Positions 54,525 through 63,793 of a stretch of DNA of 64,000 bases are shown here, one piece after another. This DNA is from Parcubacteria group bacterium (GTDB lineage Bacteria > Patescibacteriota > Minisyncoccia > Moranbacterales > UBA2206). The stretch spans positions 132,939-196,938 of the forward strand of contig JBAYLE010000001.1 of the NCBI GenBank assembly GCA_041664225.1. Reading direction: 5' to 3'. Position 1 is the stretch's first letter; each line of letters begins with the position of its first letter. Under the pieces are notes generated by a model. It ran no database searches. It was not told the DNA's origin and was given only the letters and a program-made list of their open reading frames with translations. A program made the translations under genes and the position numbers.

Positions 54525-55433
54525 TTAGAGCCATTTTTTTATTTTAAACAGAGCCATCGTAAGTAGGGCGATTAAAAGCATGATTAAAGCATGAATCCAA
54601 AATCCATGTGGATTTCTGCCAAAAGGAATGTCGGCGCTCATGGCCAGAATATTAGAATATACGGTAATGGGGAGGAAAATCGCGGAAAAAATCGTCAAAA
54701 CTTTCATGGTGAGGTTCAGTTTATTGGAAAGCAAGGAATTATTGGTTTCCTCCAAAGACTCCACGGTTTCCTTGGAACTTTCCAGCCCGTTCCAGACGCG
54801 GATATTGGTGCCGATCAAATCTTGAAAATATGGACGCAAAGTGTGATCGATGAAACGAAACTCTCTTTGCGCCAATGATTCAATGACGGAGCGCTGCGGC
54901 TTGAGGGTGCGACGAAAATTGAGGATATCCCGTTTGACGACGGAAATTTCAAATACCATTTCCTTTTCATGTCCGGCGAAAATTTCTTGTTCAACATAAT
55001 CCAATTTTTGGGAGATATGGTCCAGTTTAGGAAAACAAGATTCCAAAAGCATCTCAATTATGCTGTGCAGCAAGGCGGCTGGCGAATGAGCCATTTTTTC
55101 TTCGCATAGATTTTTGTCGTCTTGTAAATTATTGAAAAATTCGGTCAGTTGCCAAATTTCTTTGTCGTGAGATGTTATCAAAGCGTCCTTAGTAATTACA
55201 ATATCCAGCTCGCCAGGGTAGGTTGTGCGCAAAGTCGTGTCAAATAAAGGAATATGGATAGCTAGATAAAGGCAAGTGTCATATTCAACTGCCTTAGGAC
55301 GCAATGTTGGGGTGGATAATTCTTCCACGACAATCGGATGCAAAGAATATTCTTTTTGTAGCTCGATGACTGCGTCAGCATCAGGCTCGGCAAAATCTAT
55401 CCATTTAAATTTGCTTGATTTGATTTCTTGCAT
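54525..55433 (-). CDS. CorA-family divalent cation transporter homolog with variant signature (AMS in place of GMN)
   Basis: CorA-like cytoplasmic domain and two C-terminal TM helices (LTIFSAIFLPITVYSNILAMSAD...). The canonical YGMNF motif is replaced by LAMSAD. Confidence 0.7.
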   Translation of the reverse strand: MQEIKSSKFKWIDFAEPDADAVIELQKEYSLHPIVVEELSTPTLRPKAVEYDTCLYLAIHIPLFDTTLRTTYPGELDIVITKDALITSHDKEIWQLTEFFNNLQDDKNLCEEKMAHSPAALLHSIIEMLLESCFPKLDHISQKLDYVEQEIFAGHEKEMVFEISVVKRDILNFRRTLKPQRSVIESLAQREFRFIDHTLRPYFQDLIGTNIRVWNGLESSKETVESLEETNNSLLSNKLNLTMKVLTIFSAIFLPITVYSNILAMSADIPFGRNPHGFWIHALIMLLIALLTMALFKIKKWL

Positions 55434-55521
55434 AAGTTTATTTTATGAATTGACGTATTCTAATTGTACCAACAAAAGCTGAATTTGACAAAAAAAACGC
55501 GGCGCTGTTAAGATAAGACAT

Positions 55522-55764
55522 ATGGCGAAGCAAATCGTTTTATTTTTAATAAGGATTTATCAAAAGACGCTTTCTATTGACCATGGCCCTTTGCGCAAAT
55601 ATGTGCTCACCGGAACTTGCCGTTATTATCCGACTTGTAGCGAATATACCCGCCAAGCCGTTGAGCGCTTTGGAGTTTTCAAGGGTATTTGGCTTGGCTC
55701 AAGAAGAGTGCTTCGTTGCCATCCTTGGCACGAGGGCGGAGTTGACCCAGTTCCGGAAAAATAA
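55522..55764 (+). CDS. yidD: membrane protein insertion efficiency factor YidD
   Basis: CRYYPTCSEY motif; 80 aa. Confidence 0.85.
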   Translation: MAKQIVLFLIRIYQKTLSIDHGPLRKYVLTGTCRYYPTCSEYTRQAVERFGVFKGIWLGSRRVLRCHPWHEGGVDPVPEK

Positions 55765-55834
55765 TAAAAGACAGCATAAAACATGCTGAATATTTTCTAA
55801 ATTTGTTTTTTTACAAAAGAAAGGAGGTGAAGCA

Positions 55835-56038
55835 ATGAGTAGAGGATCAGGGCTTGGTTTGGGTTCGGATAGTCTTATTGAAGAAATAAAAAGATTCAGC
55901 GTGCTTCCTACCAGCGTTTGCTCGGGAGGAGATCTCTCGGTTGTGAATCCCGTTGTCGTGGCGAAAAAGAAAAAACGAAAAGAAACCGTACTAACAGTCG
56001 GGAAATGCCCGATGTTTGATGGGCGTTCGTCTGACTGA
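55835..56038 (+). CDS. hypothetical small protein (67 aa)
   Basis: Near-perfect SD AAAGGAGGTG 5 nt before the ATG; Gly/Ser-rich N-terminus; followed by a long-range hairpin at 56046-56098. Confidence 0.4.
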   Translation: MSRGSGLGLGSDSLIEEIKRFSVLPTSVCSGGDLSVVNPVVVAKKKKRKETVLTVGKCPMFDGRSSD

Positions 56039-56169
56039 ACGGTGAAAGGGATTGCTTTGTATATCGCAGCACTGATGTGCGCGAGACAGAGCAATCCCTT
56101 TAATTTTGGCTAAATTTAAGGGCATTGGTGAAATAGTTGACAGGATGATTTGTAGTAGTAAAATAGCAA

Positions 56170-56196
56170 TTAGCACTCGGACTTGACGAGTGCTAA
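56170..56196. promoter_or_regulatory. CIRCE operator (HrcA binding site)
   Basis: TTAGCACTC-N9-GAGTGCTAA, a perfect match to the CIRCE consensus, overlapping the hrcA promoter. Confidence 0.85.
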
Positions 56197-56210
56197 TGGG
56201 GTGCTATAAT
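56183..56210 (+). promoter_or_regulatory. sigma-70 promoter of the hrcA-grpE-dnaK operon
   Basis: -35 TTGACG lies inside the CIRCE spacer; 16-nt spacer; extended -10 TGcTATAAT. Confidence 0.6.
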
Positions 56211-56216
56211 ACAAAT

Positions 56217-56954
56217 ATGAATACTCGGCAACAAAAAATTCTTTCCGCTGTGATTGAAGATTATACAAATACAGCCATCCCGGTAGGCTCGAATGTTTTG
56301 GTGGAAAAATATAATTTCAAGATCAGCCCGGCTACGATCAGAAACGATATGGTCCAACTGGAAAAAGAGGGCTATCTGCATCAGCCGCATATCAGCGCGG
56401 GCAGGATTCCGACGGACAAAGGCTATAAATATTTCGTGGAAGAAATGATGGGCGACACCGAACTAACTTTAGCCGAACAGAAAAAATTGCAAGCGGAACT
56501 TTTAAAAATGAAAGCCCAGCACAATCGCTTGTCGCGTACCACTGCCAAACTGCTTTCGTCTTTTACCGGCAACCTGGCTATCAGTGGTCTTGAAAAAGAT
56601 TTTTCCGAATTTGGCATCCGCGAACTTTTGGAACAGCCGGAATTCAAAGAAATCGACGCATTTTGCAAAGTGGCGGAAGCGCTGGATTATATCGATGAAA
56701 ATATCGACACGCTTCTCAAGGGCGTGAAGCCGGGGGAAACCAGAATTTTCATCGGCAAGGAAAACCCGATTAAAGAAATTTCCAACTGCTCGATGGTCAT
56801 CTCTCCCTACCGGACCAAAAAGGGCGAAAAAGGCGTCTTGGCCATCATCGGGCCAAAGCGCATGCAATATGCCAAGAACAAATCATTGATCAACTACATG
56901 AAGAAGCTTTTGGGCGCGTCGTCTGTGGTAATATTAATAATCAGTCATTTATAA
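56217..56954 (+). CDS. hrcA: heat-inducible transcription repressor HrcA (short form)
   Basis: N-terminal winged HTH (ISPATIRNDMVQLEKEGYLHQPHISAGRIPTDKGYKYF). The start is set at MNTRQQK because the longer track ORF overlaps CIRCE and the -10. Confidence 0.85.
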   Translation: MNTRQQKILSAVIEDYTNTAIPVGSNVLVEKYNFKISPATIRNDMVQLEKEGYLHQPHISAGRIPTDKGYKYFVEEMMGDTELTLAEQKKLQAELLKMKAQHNRLSRTTAKLLSSFTGNLAISGLEKDFSEFGIRELLEQPEFKEIDAFCKVAEALDYIDENIDTLLKGVKPGETRIFIGKENPIKEISNCSMVISPYRTKKGEKGVLAIIGPKRMQYAKNKSLINYMKKLLGASSVVILIISHL

Positions 56955-56973
56955 TTGGATATTTAAAAATAAT

Positions 56974-57543
56974 ATGACCAAGAAAAAAGAAAAAGAAGAA
57001 GACATCATCGAACAAAAGGATATCGAAAAAGAGGCTGCAGAAGAGGTCGGCCGGGTTGAAAGCGAGGAAGAAATTGAAAAAATCGATAAAAAGGTTCACG
57101 AGGAACTCATAAAAACAGCCGATAAGTATCTGGACAATTGGAAACGCTGTCAAGCGAATTTCGAAAATTACAAAAAACGCCAAGTGAAAGATTCGATGGA
57201 TTTGATCCGCTATTCTAACGAAAATTTAATTATGCAAATTATTCCGGTGCTGGACAATTTCAATGCTTCGCTTGCGCATGTGCCGGAAGACAAAAAAGAC
57301 AATGCCTGGGTTACGGGCATAACCTACATCAAAAAACAATTGGAAGATATTTTGAAAAATAACGGAGTGGATGAGGTTGAAGTTAAAGCCGGCGATAAAT
57401 TTAATCCGGAAATTCACGAAGCTATCAAACAAGAATCAGAAAAAGACGGACAGGAATTTAAAAATAAAATTATGAAAGTTGCGCAAAATGGCTATAAAAT
57501 TAATGGCAAGGTAATCCGGCCGGCGCGGGTAGTAGTCGAGTAG
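56974..57543 (+). CDS. grpE: nucleotide exchange factor GrpE
   Basis: Coiled-coil N-terminus and a GrpE C-domain (ENYKKRQVKD...ILKNNGVDEVEVKAGDKFNPEIHEA). Confidence 0.9.
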   Translation: MTKKKEKEEDIIEQKDIEKEAAEEVGRVESEEEIEKIDKKVHEELIKTADKYLDNWKRCQANFENYKKRQVKDSMDLIRYSNENLIMQIIPVLDNFNASLAHVPEDKKDNAWVTGITYIKKQLEDILKNNGVDEVEVKAGDKFNPEIHEAIKQESEKDGQEFKNKIMKVAQNGYKINGKVIRPARVVVE

Positions 57544-57550
57544 TTATTTG

Positions 57551-57579
57551 AAAAATAAAAACCCCAGACATTTCTGGGG
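57551..57579 (-). terminator. Rho-independent terminator for the antisense small gene (minus strand)
   Basis: ccccag-acattt-ctgggg hairpin followed on the minus strand by tttttatttttc. Confidence 0.5.
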
Positions 57580-57641
57580 TATCGGGCGCGATAAATTTCT
57601 AAGTCTTATGTGAAAGAATATTAATTGTATTCGCGCTTGAG

Positions 57642-57887
57642 TTACATGATTTTGTGATTGGAGAGATGGTACTCGTGGTGCATGGGTATGTCGATTTTGT
57701 AAGTTGCGGCGAGCGAAGGCACTTTTTTGAGCTTGCGCTTCGCAACTTTCAGTAATCTTTCGAGTTCACCGATTATACCCCGCAGAAGCTTAATTGCGCT
57801 TCTGCTTAGTTTACTGGTTTTCTCCTCGATGTATTCGGAAATCTTTTTGATCAACTTTTTTACGTCGTCTGGTCTTAAACTCTTCAT
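57642..57887 (-). CDS. hypothetical small helical protein (82 aa) encoded antisense within the grpE-dnaK intergenic gap
   Basis: MKSLRPDDVKKLIKKISEYIEEK... It has its own TTGACA-17-TGcTAATGT promoter (57944-57972, minus), a GGAGAG SD 7 nt before the ATG, and a terminator. Confidence 0.5.
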   Translation of the reverse strand: MKSLRPDDVKKLIKKISEYIEEKTSKLSRSAIKLLRGIIGELERLLKVAKRKLKKVPSLAATYKIDIPMHHEYHLSNHKIM

Positions 57888-57943
57888 GCAGAGTCTCTCC
57901 TTCTTATTTTTTTGACTTGTTTGTAAGAACGCCCGATAGAAAA

Positions 57944-57972
57944 ACATTAGCACAAACAGGCCAATATGTCAA
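57944..57972 (-). promoter_or_regulatory. sigma-70 promoter for the antisense small gene
   Basis: On the minus strand: TTGACA - 17 nt - TGcTAATGT. Confidence 0.45.
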
Positions 57973-58087
57973 GTTATTCTTTCAGCCACTTATCCACATA
58001 GGTGATTGAAATAAATAATTTATAAATTAATTAAGTTTCTAGTCGAATAGTCTGTGAACTGTTGACTGTGAACTAAAAACCAATCAT

Positions 58088-60016
58088 ATGGCAAAAATAC
58101 TCGGAATCGATCTGGGCACGACCAATTCGGCGATGTCAGTCGTCGAGGCGGGCAGTCCGATCATCGTTGAAAACAAAGAAGGCAACCGGACCACGCCTTC
58201 GATGGTGGCGATCACCAAAACCGGTGAAAGACTAGTCGGACTTTTGGCGAAGCGCCAAGCAGTTACTAATCCGACCAACACTCTGTCTTCGATCAAGCGT
58301 TTGATTGGAAGGCATTTTGAAGATGCGGAAGTGCAAAGAGATTTGAAATTGCTACCGTATAAAATTATCAAAGCTAATGGCGGAGTGAAAGTGGAAATGG
58401 GCGGCAAAGAATATACCCCGCAAGAAGTTTCGGCCATGATTCTTTCCAAACTCAAAGCAGATGCGGAAGAAAAATTAGGCGAAAAAATTACCGAAGCCGT
58501 GATCACAGTGCCGGCCTATTTTGACGACTCGCAAAGAAAGGCGACCAAAGAGGCAGGAGAAATCGCAGGTTTCAATGTGCGCCGCATCATCAACGAACCG
58601 ACAGCGGCGGCGCTGGCCTATGGTTTCAATAAAAAGAAAGATGAAAAAATTGCCGTTTACGATTTGGGCGGCGGGACTTTTGATATTTCCATTTTGGAAG
58701 TTTCCGAAGACACGGTGGAAGTGAAATCGACCAACGGCGACACGCACTTGGGCGGTGATGATTTTGATCAAGTTATTATTCGTTGGATCATTGATGAATA
58801 TAAAAAACAAGAAGGTGTCGATTTGTCCAAAGACCCATTGGCTCTGCAAAGAATCAAAGAATCAGCCGAAAAAGCCAAGATTGAACTTTCAACCGCGATG
58901 GAAAGCGAAATCAATCAGCCATTTATCACCGCGGATTCTTCTGGCCCAAAACATTTGGTGATGAAAATTACGCGCGCCAAGCTCGATGAATTGGTAGGTG
59001 AATTGGTCAAGAAAACGTTGGAGCCGACCAAGAAAGCTCTGGAGGATGCAAAACTAACGGTAAAAGATATTAACGAAGTTATTTTGGTGGGCGGGATGAC
59101 CCGTATGCCGTTGGTCATCAAAGTCGTCGAAGATTTTTTTGGCAAGAAACCAAACATCACAGTGAACCCGGATGAAGTGGTAGCGATTGGCGCGGCCATC
59201 CAAGGTGGCGTGCTCCAAGGCGATGTGCGCGATGTACTTTTGCTGGATGTTACTCCGCTAACTTTGGGCATTGAAACGATGGGCAGTATTCGAACACCGA
59301 TTATTGACCGCAATACGACGGTGCCGGTTTCCAAGGCGCAGACTTTCTCCACCGCGGCTGACAATCAACCGTCCGTTGAAATTCATGTTCTGCAAGGCGA
59401 GCGGGAAATGGCGGCTGACAACAAAACCCTCGGACGATTTATTCTGGATGGCATTCCACCATCTCCGAGAGGCATTCCGCAAATCGAAGTAACATTTGAC
59501 ATTGATGCTAATGGTATTCTTTCCGTCAAAGCCAAAGACAAAGCGACGGGCAAGGAACAATCGATCCGCATTGAAGCTTCGACCGGACTTTCTAAAGATG
59601 AAGTGGAGCGCATGAAAAAAGATGCGGAAGTGCACGCGGAGGAAGACAAAAAAAGAAAAGAATTGATCGAGGCGAGAAACTTGGCTGACAATCTGGTCTA
59701 CACGACGGAAAAGGCCATGCGCGACGCCGGCGACAAAATTACGGCTGACGAAAAGAAGCCGGTCGAGGAAGCGATTACTGAACTCAACAAAGTCAAAAAT
59801 AGCGACAATCTGGAAGATATCAAATCCAAGACCGAAGCTCTGTCCCAAGCAGCCCAAAAGATAGGCGAAAAGCTCTATAAGGCCGCCCAAGACGCTTCTA
59901 CTGCCCAAGGGGCAAATCAAGGCCCAGAAGGCACGCCAAGCGCCGAAAACCCGCCGAAAGAGGGCGATCAGCCAAAAGAGGCCGATACAGAAAAACCGGA
60001 GGATAAAAAAGAATAA
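58088..60016 (+). CDS. dnaK: molecular chaperone DnaK (Hsp70)
   Basis: [18 protein letters not shown] and [11 protein letters not shown] motifs; 642 aa. Confidence 0.97.
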   Translation: MAKILGIDLGTTNSAMSVVEAGSPIIVENKEGNRTTPSMVAITKTGERLVGLLAKRQAVTNPTNTLSSIKRLIGRHFEDAEVQRDLKLLPYKIIKANGGVKVEMGGKEYTPQEVSAMILSKLKADAEEKLGEKITEAVITVPAYFDDSQRKATKEAGEIAGFNVRRIINEPTAAALAYGFNKKKDEKIAVYDLGGGTFDISILEVSEDTVEVKSTNGDTHLGGDDFDQVIIRWIIDEYKKQEGVDLSKDPLALQRIKESAEKAKIELSTAMESEINQPFITADSSGPKHLVMKITRAKLDELVGELVKKTLEPTKKALEDAKLTVKDINEVILVGGMTRMPLVIKVVEDFFGKKPNITVNPDEVVAIGAAIQGGVLQGDVRDVLLLDVTPLTLGIETMGSIRTPIIDRNTTVPVSKAQTFSTAADNQPSVEIHVLQGEREMAADNKTLGRFILDGIPPSPRGIPQIEVTFDIDANGILSVKAKDKATGKEQSIRIEASTGLSKDEVERMKKDAEVHAEEDKKRKELIEARNLADNLVYTTEKAMRDAGDKITADEKKPVEEAITELNKVKNSDNLEDIKSKTEALSQAAQKIGEKLYKAAQDASTAQGANQGPEGTPSAENPPKEGDQPKEADTEKPEDKKE

Positions 60017-60024
60017 CTTCAAAA

Positions 60025-60053
60025 AGAGCGGGGGATTTTCTCCCGCTCTTTTG
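60025..60053 (+). terminator. Rho-independent terminator after dnaK
   Basis: agagcggg-ggattttct-cccgctct followed by tttt. Confidence 0.7.
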
Positions 60054-60060
60054 CAAATTT

Positions 60061-60840
60061 ATGGAAATATTTTTAGCATCATTGGCAATATTTTCTGGGT
60101 GGATAATTTTCCGTTTGAATATGATTTCTGAACGGGGGAAAATTATTAATTCGCTGGAAGCAATTTTAAATGTTACAAAAGAATGGTTTGCATCTTCTTA
60201 TCCAAAAGATATTGATAAGAGTGAATGGTTTGATCCACAGAGGTATGTTTTTAAGGTTGATTTTTCGATACTCCCAAATATAATTAACAGTAATCTAGTA
60301 AGTCGCGAACTAACTGTTCAGCTTACATATTTTATACAATTAATAACAAGATTCAATCAGAGTATTAACCAATTTAGCGATTATGTATTTTCTGATATAG
60401 ATTTATACAGAAAGGCAAAGGATTTTTATGATGGAAAGGACTTTGAAAATAAAAAATTTGTAGATTGTTACAATGAGTTAGATAAACTTAAAAATGAAAT
60501 AATCACAAACAAAGAGGTCTCAGGCGAACGGATTTTAATAATGGAAGAAAAGAAGAAGTTGCTATTCTATATGAATAACTGCTATTTTTTTAAAAAAAGT
60601 ATACACACGGCAACTATTGGGGAAATGGGTCATTATGGAGATGATAAATTTCCGCATCTAAACAAGTGCTTTCATAATATAATCACTTTAGTGATATGTG
60701 AGAAAAAAAATAACAAAGGTTTTTTTAATGACGATTTTCGATACATGATTGGCGATTTAATATTTTTGTTAATTCCAGCGATAATTATTTTAGTTTTAAT
60801 ATTTGATTTTGCATGTCAAAGTAAGGTTTGTTTATTGTAA
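60061..60840 (+). CDS. hypothetical membrane protein (AT-rich gene)
   Basis: N- and C-terminal TM helices; noticeably lower GC than the surrounding genes. Confidence 0.45.
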   Translation: MEIFLASLAIFSGWIIFRLNMISERGKIINSLEAILNVTKEWFASSYPKDIDKSEWFDPQRYVFKVDFSILPNIINSNLVSRELTVQLTYFIQLITRFNQSINQFSDYVFSDIDLYRKAKDFYDGKDFENKKFVDCYNELDKLKNEIITNKEVSGERILIMEEKKKLLFYMNNCYFFKKSIHTATIGEMGHYGDDKFPHLNKCFHNIITLVICEKKNNKGFFNDDFRYMIGDLIFLLIPAIIILVLIFDFACQSKVCLL

Positions 60841-60877
60841 CACTTGCTTTTACGCAAAAAAGTGGTAGGTTTATTTT

Positions 60878-61348
60878 ATGAACCAACAAAACCAAATTTT
60901 TTCAGGAGTTGCTGTTATTATAGAAAATAAGAAAGGAGAGTTGCTATTGCATCTAAGGGATGAGAATGCTCCATATATGAAAAATCAATGGTGCTTGTTG
61001 GGTGGACGGATTGACAATAAATCCCAGGAGACACCAGAGCATGCTGCTGCGAGGGAGATTAATGAAGAAATTGGCATTGTTGTTAATCCAAAATCGTTGA
61101 AATTATTCAAAGAAATTATCTTGAAAGATGGGGCTTCTAAGTCTTATATTTTTCATACCATACTTAATCTAAGTAGTGATGAAATTAAATTAGGAGAAGG
61201 AAAGGAATTTAGGTTTTTTCCAAAAAGAGAATTGTTGGACATGCTAAAAAAATTGGAATATACAAATTCATTTCTCGAAGTTCTAACTGAATTTGTAAAA
61301 TTAAAACAATTAAATTTATCATCATCTACATCACGCATAAAAATCTAA
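60878..61348 (+). CDS. NUDIX hydrolase
   Basis: Nudix box GGRIDNKSQETPEHAAAREINEEIGI (GX5EX7REUXEEXGU). Confidence 0.8.
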   Translation: MNQQNQIFSGVAVIIENKKGELLLHLRDENAPYMKNQWCLLGGRIDNKSQETPEHAAAREINEEIGIVVNPKSLKLFKEIILKDGASKSYIFHTILNLSSDEIKLGEGKEFRFFPKRELLDMLKKLEYTNSFLEVLTEFVKLKQLNLSSSTSRIKI

Positions 61349-61369
61349 AAGAAGCCAAAAAAACAGATT

Positions 61370-61389
61370 GGCTTTCAGGCTTGACTTTT
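61370..61389 (+). promoter_or_regulatory. copy 1 of a repeated 20-mer GGCTTTCAGGCTTGACTTTT (contains a -35-like CTTGAC)
   Basis: Exact 20-mer also at 62340-62359. Both copies lie upstream of small genes that have strong SDs. Confidence 0.35.
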
Positions 61390-61477
61390 ATCAAAAAAGG
61401 CCTAACAATAAAGTCTCTGGCCATAGATATTTTTTTACAATAATGTCTCAAAAATACCGTGAAAGGGAGGGGCAGTT

Positions 61478-61942
61478 ATGAAGAAGACAGCGTTAACTCA
61501 GGAAGAATACGAGTTTCTTCTTCTGATGTCAGCAAAACCGAGAACAGAAGAGGGAAAAGGTCTAATGAGTGCAGCTTTGAAAGAGTACTTTGAGAAAATC
61601 AACTGGGACAGTTTGGCAAGAACGCCGATGGTCGAAGATGATGACCAAAGAAGGCAAGCTGAAGAGTTTGTAGGTCCCTGTGATTTCTCGGATGGGGCAG
61701 AAAAAGTAACTCTCATGATTGACGATTCGGCAAACTGTACGGAGGCAGTTGAGCTTTTAAAGGAATGTGGTGTTCCTTTCGAAATCTCACCCTCTTCCTC
61801 GGAAAACTTGCCATGCGCCAGGTATAAAGACGAATTATACTGTGGCTTGCCGGATATCCGATTGCTTCTCGAGGGGCTTGGTTTTGGGGATAAGGCAAGG
61901 GCGCGTTGGGATCGCATGAATGCCGAAGCACTTGCAACATAA
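61478..61942 (+). CDS. hypothetical protein (154 aa)
   Basis: SD AGGGAGG; acidic with several Cys; no family recognised. Confidence 0.5.
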   Translation: MKKTALTQEEYEFLLLMSAKPRTEEGKGLMSAALKEYFEKINWDSLARTPMVEDDDQRRQAEEFVGPCDFSDGAEKVTLMIDDSANCTEAVELLKECGVPFEISPSSSENLPCARYKDELYCGLPDIRLLLEGLGFGDKARARWDRMNAEALAT

Positions 61943-61975
61943 ATCAGGAAGTCTAAGAGGGACATAAAAAAGGAG

Positions 61976-62254
61976 GTGCATATGCCCTTTAATTTAAAAG
62001 AGAAAGCTCGAGGCTTAGAAGGTGTGGTGGATGAATTTCTTATAGCGGTAAGGCCCCAAGACGAAAATAGCGCCAGGGTTATAAGAGATATTATCGCCAC
62101 ATACTGTGCTCCCCATAGTACAACGAGATATGAGAAAGCGCTTCTGAAAAGTATCGTAACCCTATCCCCTAAATCAAGAAATCTTCTTAAGCTGCTCGTT
62201 GAGCGCGGGATGAACGAAATTAAGGAGGAGATGACTCAGGATAAAGTCATCTAA
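61976..62254 (+). CDS. hypothetical protein (92 aa)
   Basis: SD AAGGAGGTG; followed by the terminator gagggg-N10-cccctc-T-run (62276-62304). Confidence 0.45.
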   Translation: MHMPFNLKEKARGLEGVVDEFLIAVRPQDENSARVIRDIIATYCAPHSTTRYEKALLKSIVTLSPKSRNLLKLLVERGMNEIKEEMTQDKVI

Positions 62255-62339
62255 AAAGACCAGTTGTTATACGACGAGGGGCTGAAACAAACCCCTCTTT
62301 ATTTATGCTAAAAATCCTATTAACCTTTTTATAATAATC

Positions 62340-62359
62340 GGCTTTCAGGCTTGACTTTT
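62340..62359 (+). promoter_or_regulatory. copy 2 of the repeated 20-mer GGCTTTCAGGCTTGACTTTT; TTGACT-17-TAATCT promoter-like
   Basis: Identical 20-mer. Here TTGACT is followed after 17 nt by TAATCT, and a local palindrome GGCTTGA-CTTT-TCAAGCC is present. Confidence 0.35.
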
Positions 62360-62425
62360 CAAGCCTTTTATGATAATCTGATTTGAATTCGAAATCATTC
62401 GAATATCAAATCTTCGGAGGTGGAT

Positions 62426-62746
62426 ATGTCTGCTTCAAAAATTAAATCAATCGAAGCTGTTGGAATTGATCTGTTGGCCCTGAAAACTGCAACTGGTTTC
62501 TGTAAGGAAATCACACTCAGGATCGGAAACAAAGGCGAGGCGGTGGCTTCGGATTTAATCCATGCCATCTGGAAAGAAAAAATGGATGCCGTGAATGTTG
62601 GCATTCTCCTCAGGCTTTTAGGCGCTGGATATTCGCACAAGCTCGTAGAGAAGACCAAAAAATTCGTGGAAAAAAATGGCGCCTATATGATGCCCGAGCA
62701 ACTTGAGATTGCGAAGAGGCTATGCACAGGAGCCTATATCATCTGA
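62426..62746 (+). CDS. hypothetical protein (106 aa)
   Basis: Start set at the ATG 5 nt after SD GGAGGTGG (the track ORF begins at the preceding in-frame GTG). Followed by the terminator ggggttgg-N8-ccaacccc-ttttttt (62763-62794). Confidence 0.45.
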   Translation: MSASKIKSIEAVGIDLLALKTATGFCKEITLRIGNKGEAVASDLIHAIWKEKMDAVNVGILLRLLGAGYSHKLVEKTKKFVEKNGAYMMPEQLEIAKRLCTGAYII

Positions 62747-62810
62747 ATGTTGAGAGAAAAACGGGGTTGGAAATTGATCCAACCCCATTTTTTTATGCTA
62801 AAATAGATCT

Positions 62811-63302
62811 ATGAGTATAAAAGCTGTTATTGGCGATTATAAAATTTTTTTAGAAAAAATTTTTAGCAACTTGAAAAGTGCCGGTTTTGAGATTGGCGAA
62901 TTTAAAGAGCTGGATCATATCGGATATCGGGTTGAGAATCTGGAAAGATATTATGAATTAAAAAAGTCGCTGGCGGAATTTTGTGAAAAAATTTCCGACA
63001 AAGAATTTGCCGGGCGACCAGTTTTGGTTTGTAAATTAAAAGAGCCTTTAAATTACGGTGAATTTAAAATCGAAGGTATCGAAGTCTTGGCGCCGAAGGA
63101 AGATAATAAATTCGAAGAAGGACTGGAGCATGCGGAATTTGTCACAAAAACTACTCTTCCTGAATTTCTAGAGAAACATAAAAACATAACATTCAATTTG
63201 GTTGCGTATGACAGAAAAGAAAATCCGGAACTTGTTTTAGAATTTGAAAATTGTGCGGTAAAATTTCACGAACAAAGTTTATTGAGAGTAAGGGGAATGT
63301 AA
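62811..63302 (+). CDS. hypothetical protein, possibly VOC (glyoxalase/bleomycin-resistance) fold
   Basis: Weak resemblance in LDHIGYRVENLERYYEL. The extended -10 TGcTAAAAT ends ~5 nt before the ATG, suggesting a leaderless mRNA. Confidence 0.35.
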   Translation: MSIKAVIGDYKIFLEKIFSNLKSAGFEIGEFKELDHIGYRVENLERYYELKKSLAEFCEKISDKEFAGRPVLVCKLKEPLNYGEFKIEGIEVLAPKEDNKFEEGLEHAEFVTKTTLPEFLEKHKNITFNLVAYDRKENPELVLEFENCAVKFHEQSLLRVRGM

Positions 63303-63322
63303 GTAATTTTTGGAAATTAATA

Positions 63323-63350
63323 AAAGGCGGGAGTTCTTCCCGCCTTTTCT
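63323..63350. terminator. bidirectional terminator between the convergent VOC-like and GNAT genes
   Basis: aaaa-ggcggga-gttct-tcccgcc-tttt. Confidence 0.6.
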
Positions 63351-63361
63351 GCGATCTCGTT

Positions 63362-63793
63362 TCACAGTTCGAAACGATATGCGTTTGTGTCTCTCTTTTT
63401 CGCGCCCATCGAGAGATAGAGCTTGTTGGCCCTCACTCTTTTGGGATTACTTGTAAGCTCGACGTGGCTCATTTTCAATTCTTTTGCTCTCTTGAGAGCA
63501 AGTTTTATGAGTTTCGTCGCGATGCCTCTGCCCCAGTAATTCTTGTCAACAACGATATCTTCGAGCGTTCCGAAAAATCCGGTTGGCTTCCAGATTTTGG
63601 TAAGTGTTGCCATGCCGATGTTTTTTGTTGTGTTGGCATCGATGGCGATAAAAAGAACACAGTTTTCCATAACTGTCGCCAACTCCAGATGAGAAATTTG
63701 TTTGGCTTTTGGCGAAAGCTGTGAGAGCAGCTTGTTTACGTCGAGGCAAGATGTTTCAGCTGGCACATTTTCAAAAAATTTGATCCCCTTCAT
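63362..63793 (-). CDS. GNAT family N-acetyltransferase
   Basis: Motif A VVDKNYWGRGIATKLIKLALKRAKE; RBS AGGAGGTG. Confidence 0.8.
   Translation of the reverse strand: MKGIKFFENVPAETSCLDVNKLLSQLSPKAKQISHLELATVMENCVLFIAIDANTTKNIGMATLTKIWKPTGFFGTLEDIVVDKNYWGRGIATKLIKLALKRAKELKMSHVELTSNPKRVRANKLYLSMGAKKRDTNAYRFEL

Noticed and set aside
56190-56216. Upstream GTG start for hrcA (MLMGCYNTN...)
   Set aside because: It would place the coding sequence over the CIRCE 3' half-site and the -10 hexamer. ATG 56217 gives the canonical HrcA N-terminus.
58475-60022. Several 100-250-aa ORFs antisense to dnaK (58475..58849, 58915..59364, 59258..60022)
   Set aside because: Shadow ORFs of a GC-richer, highly conserved gene; no RBS or motifs.
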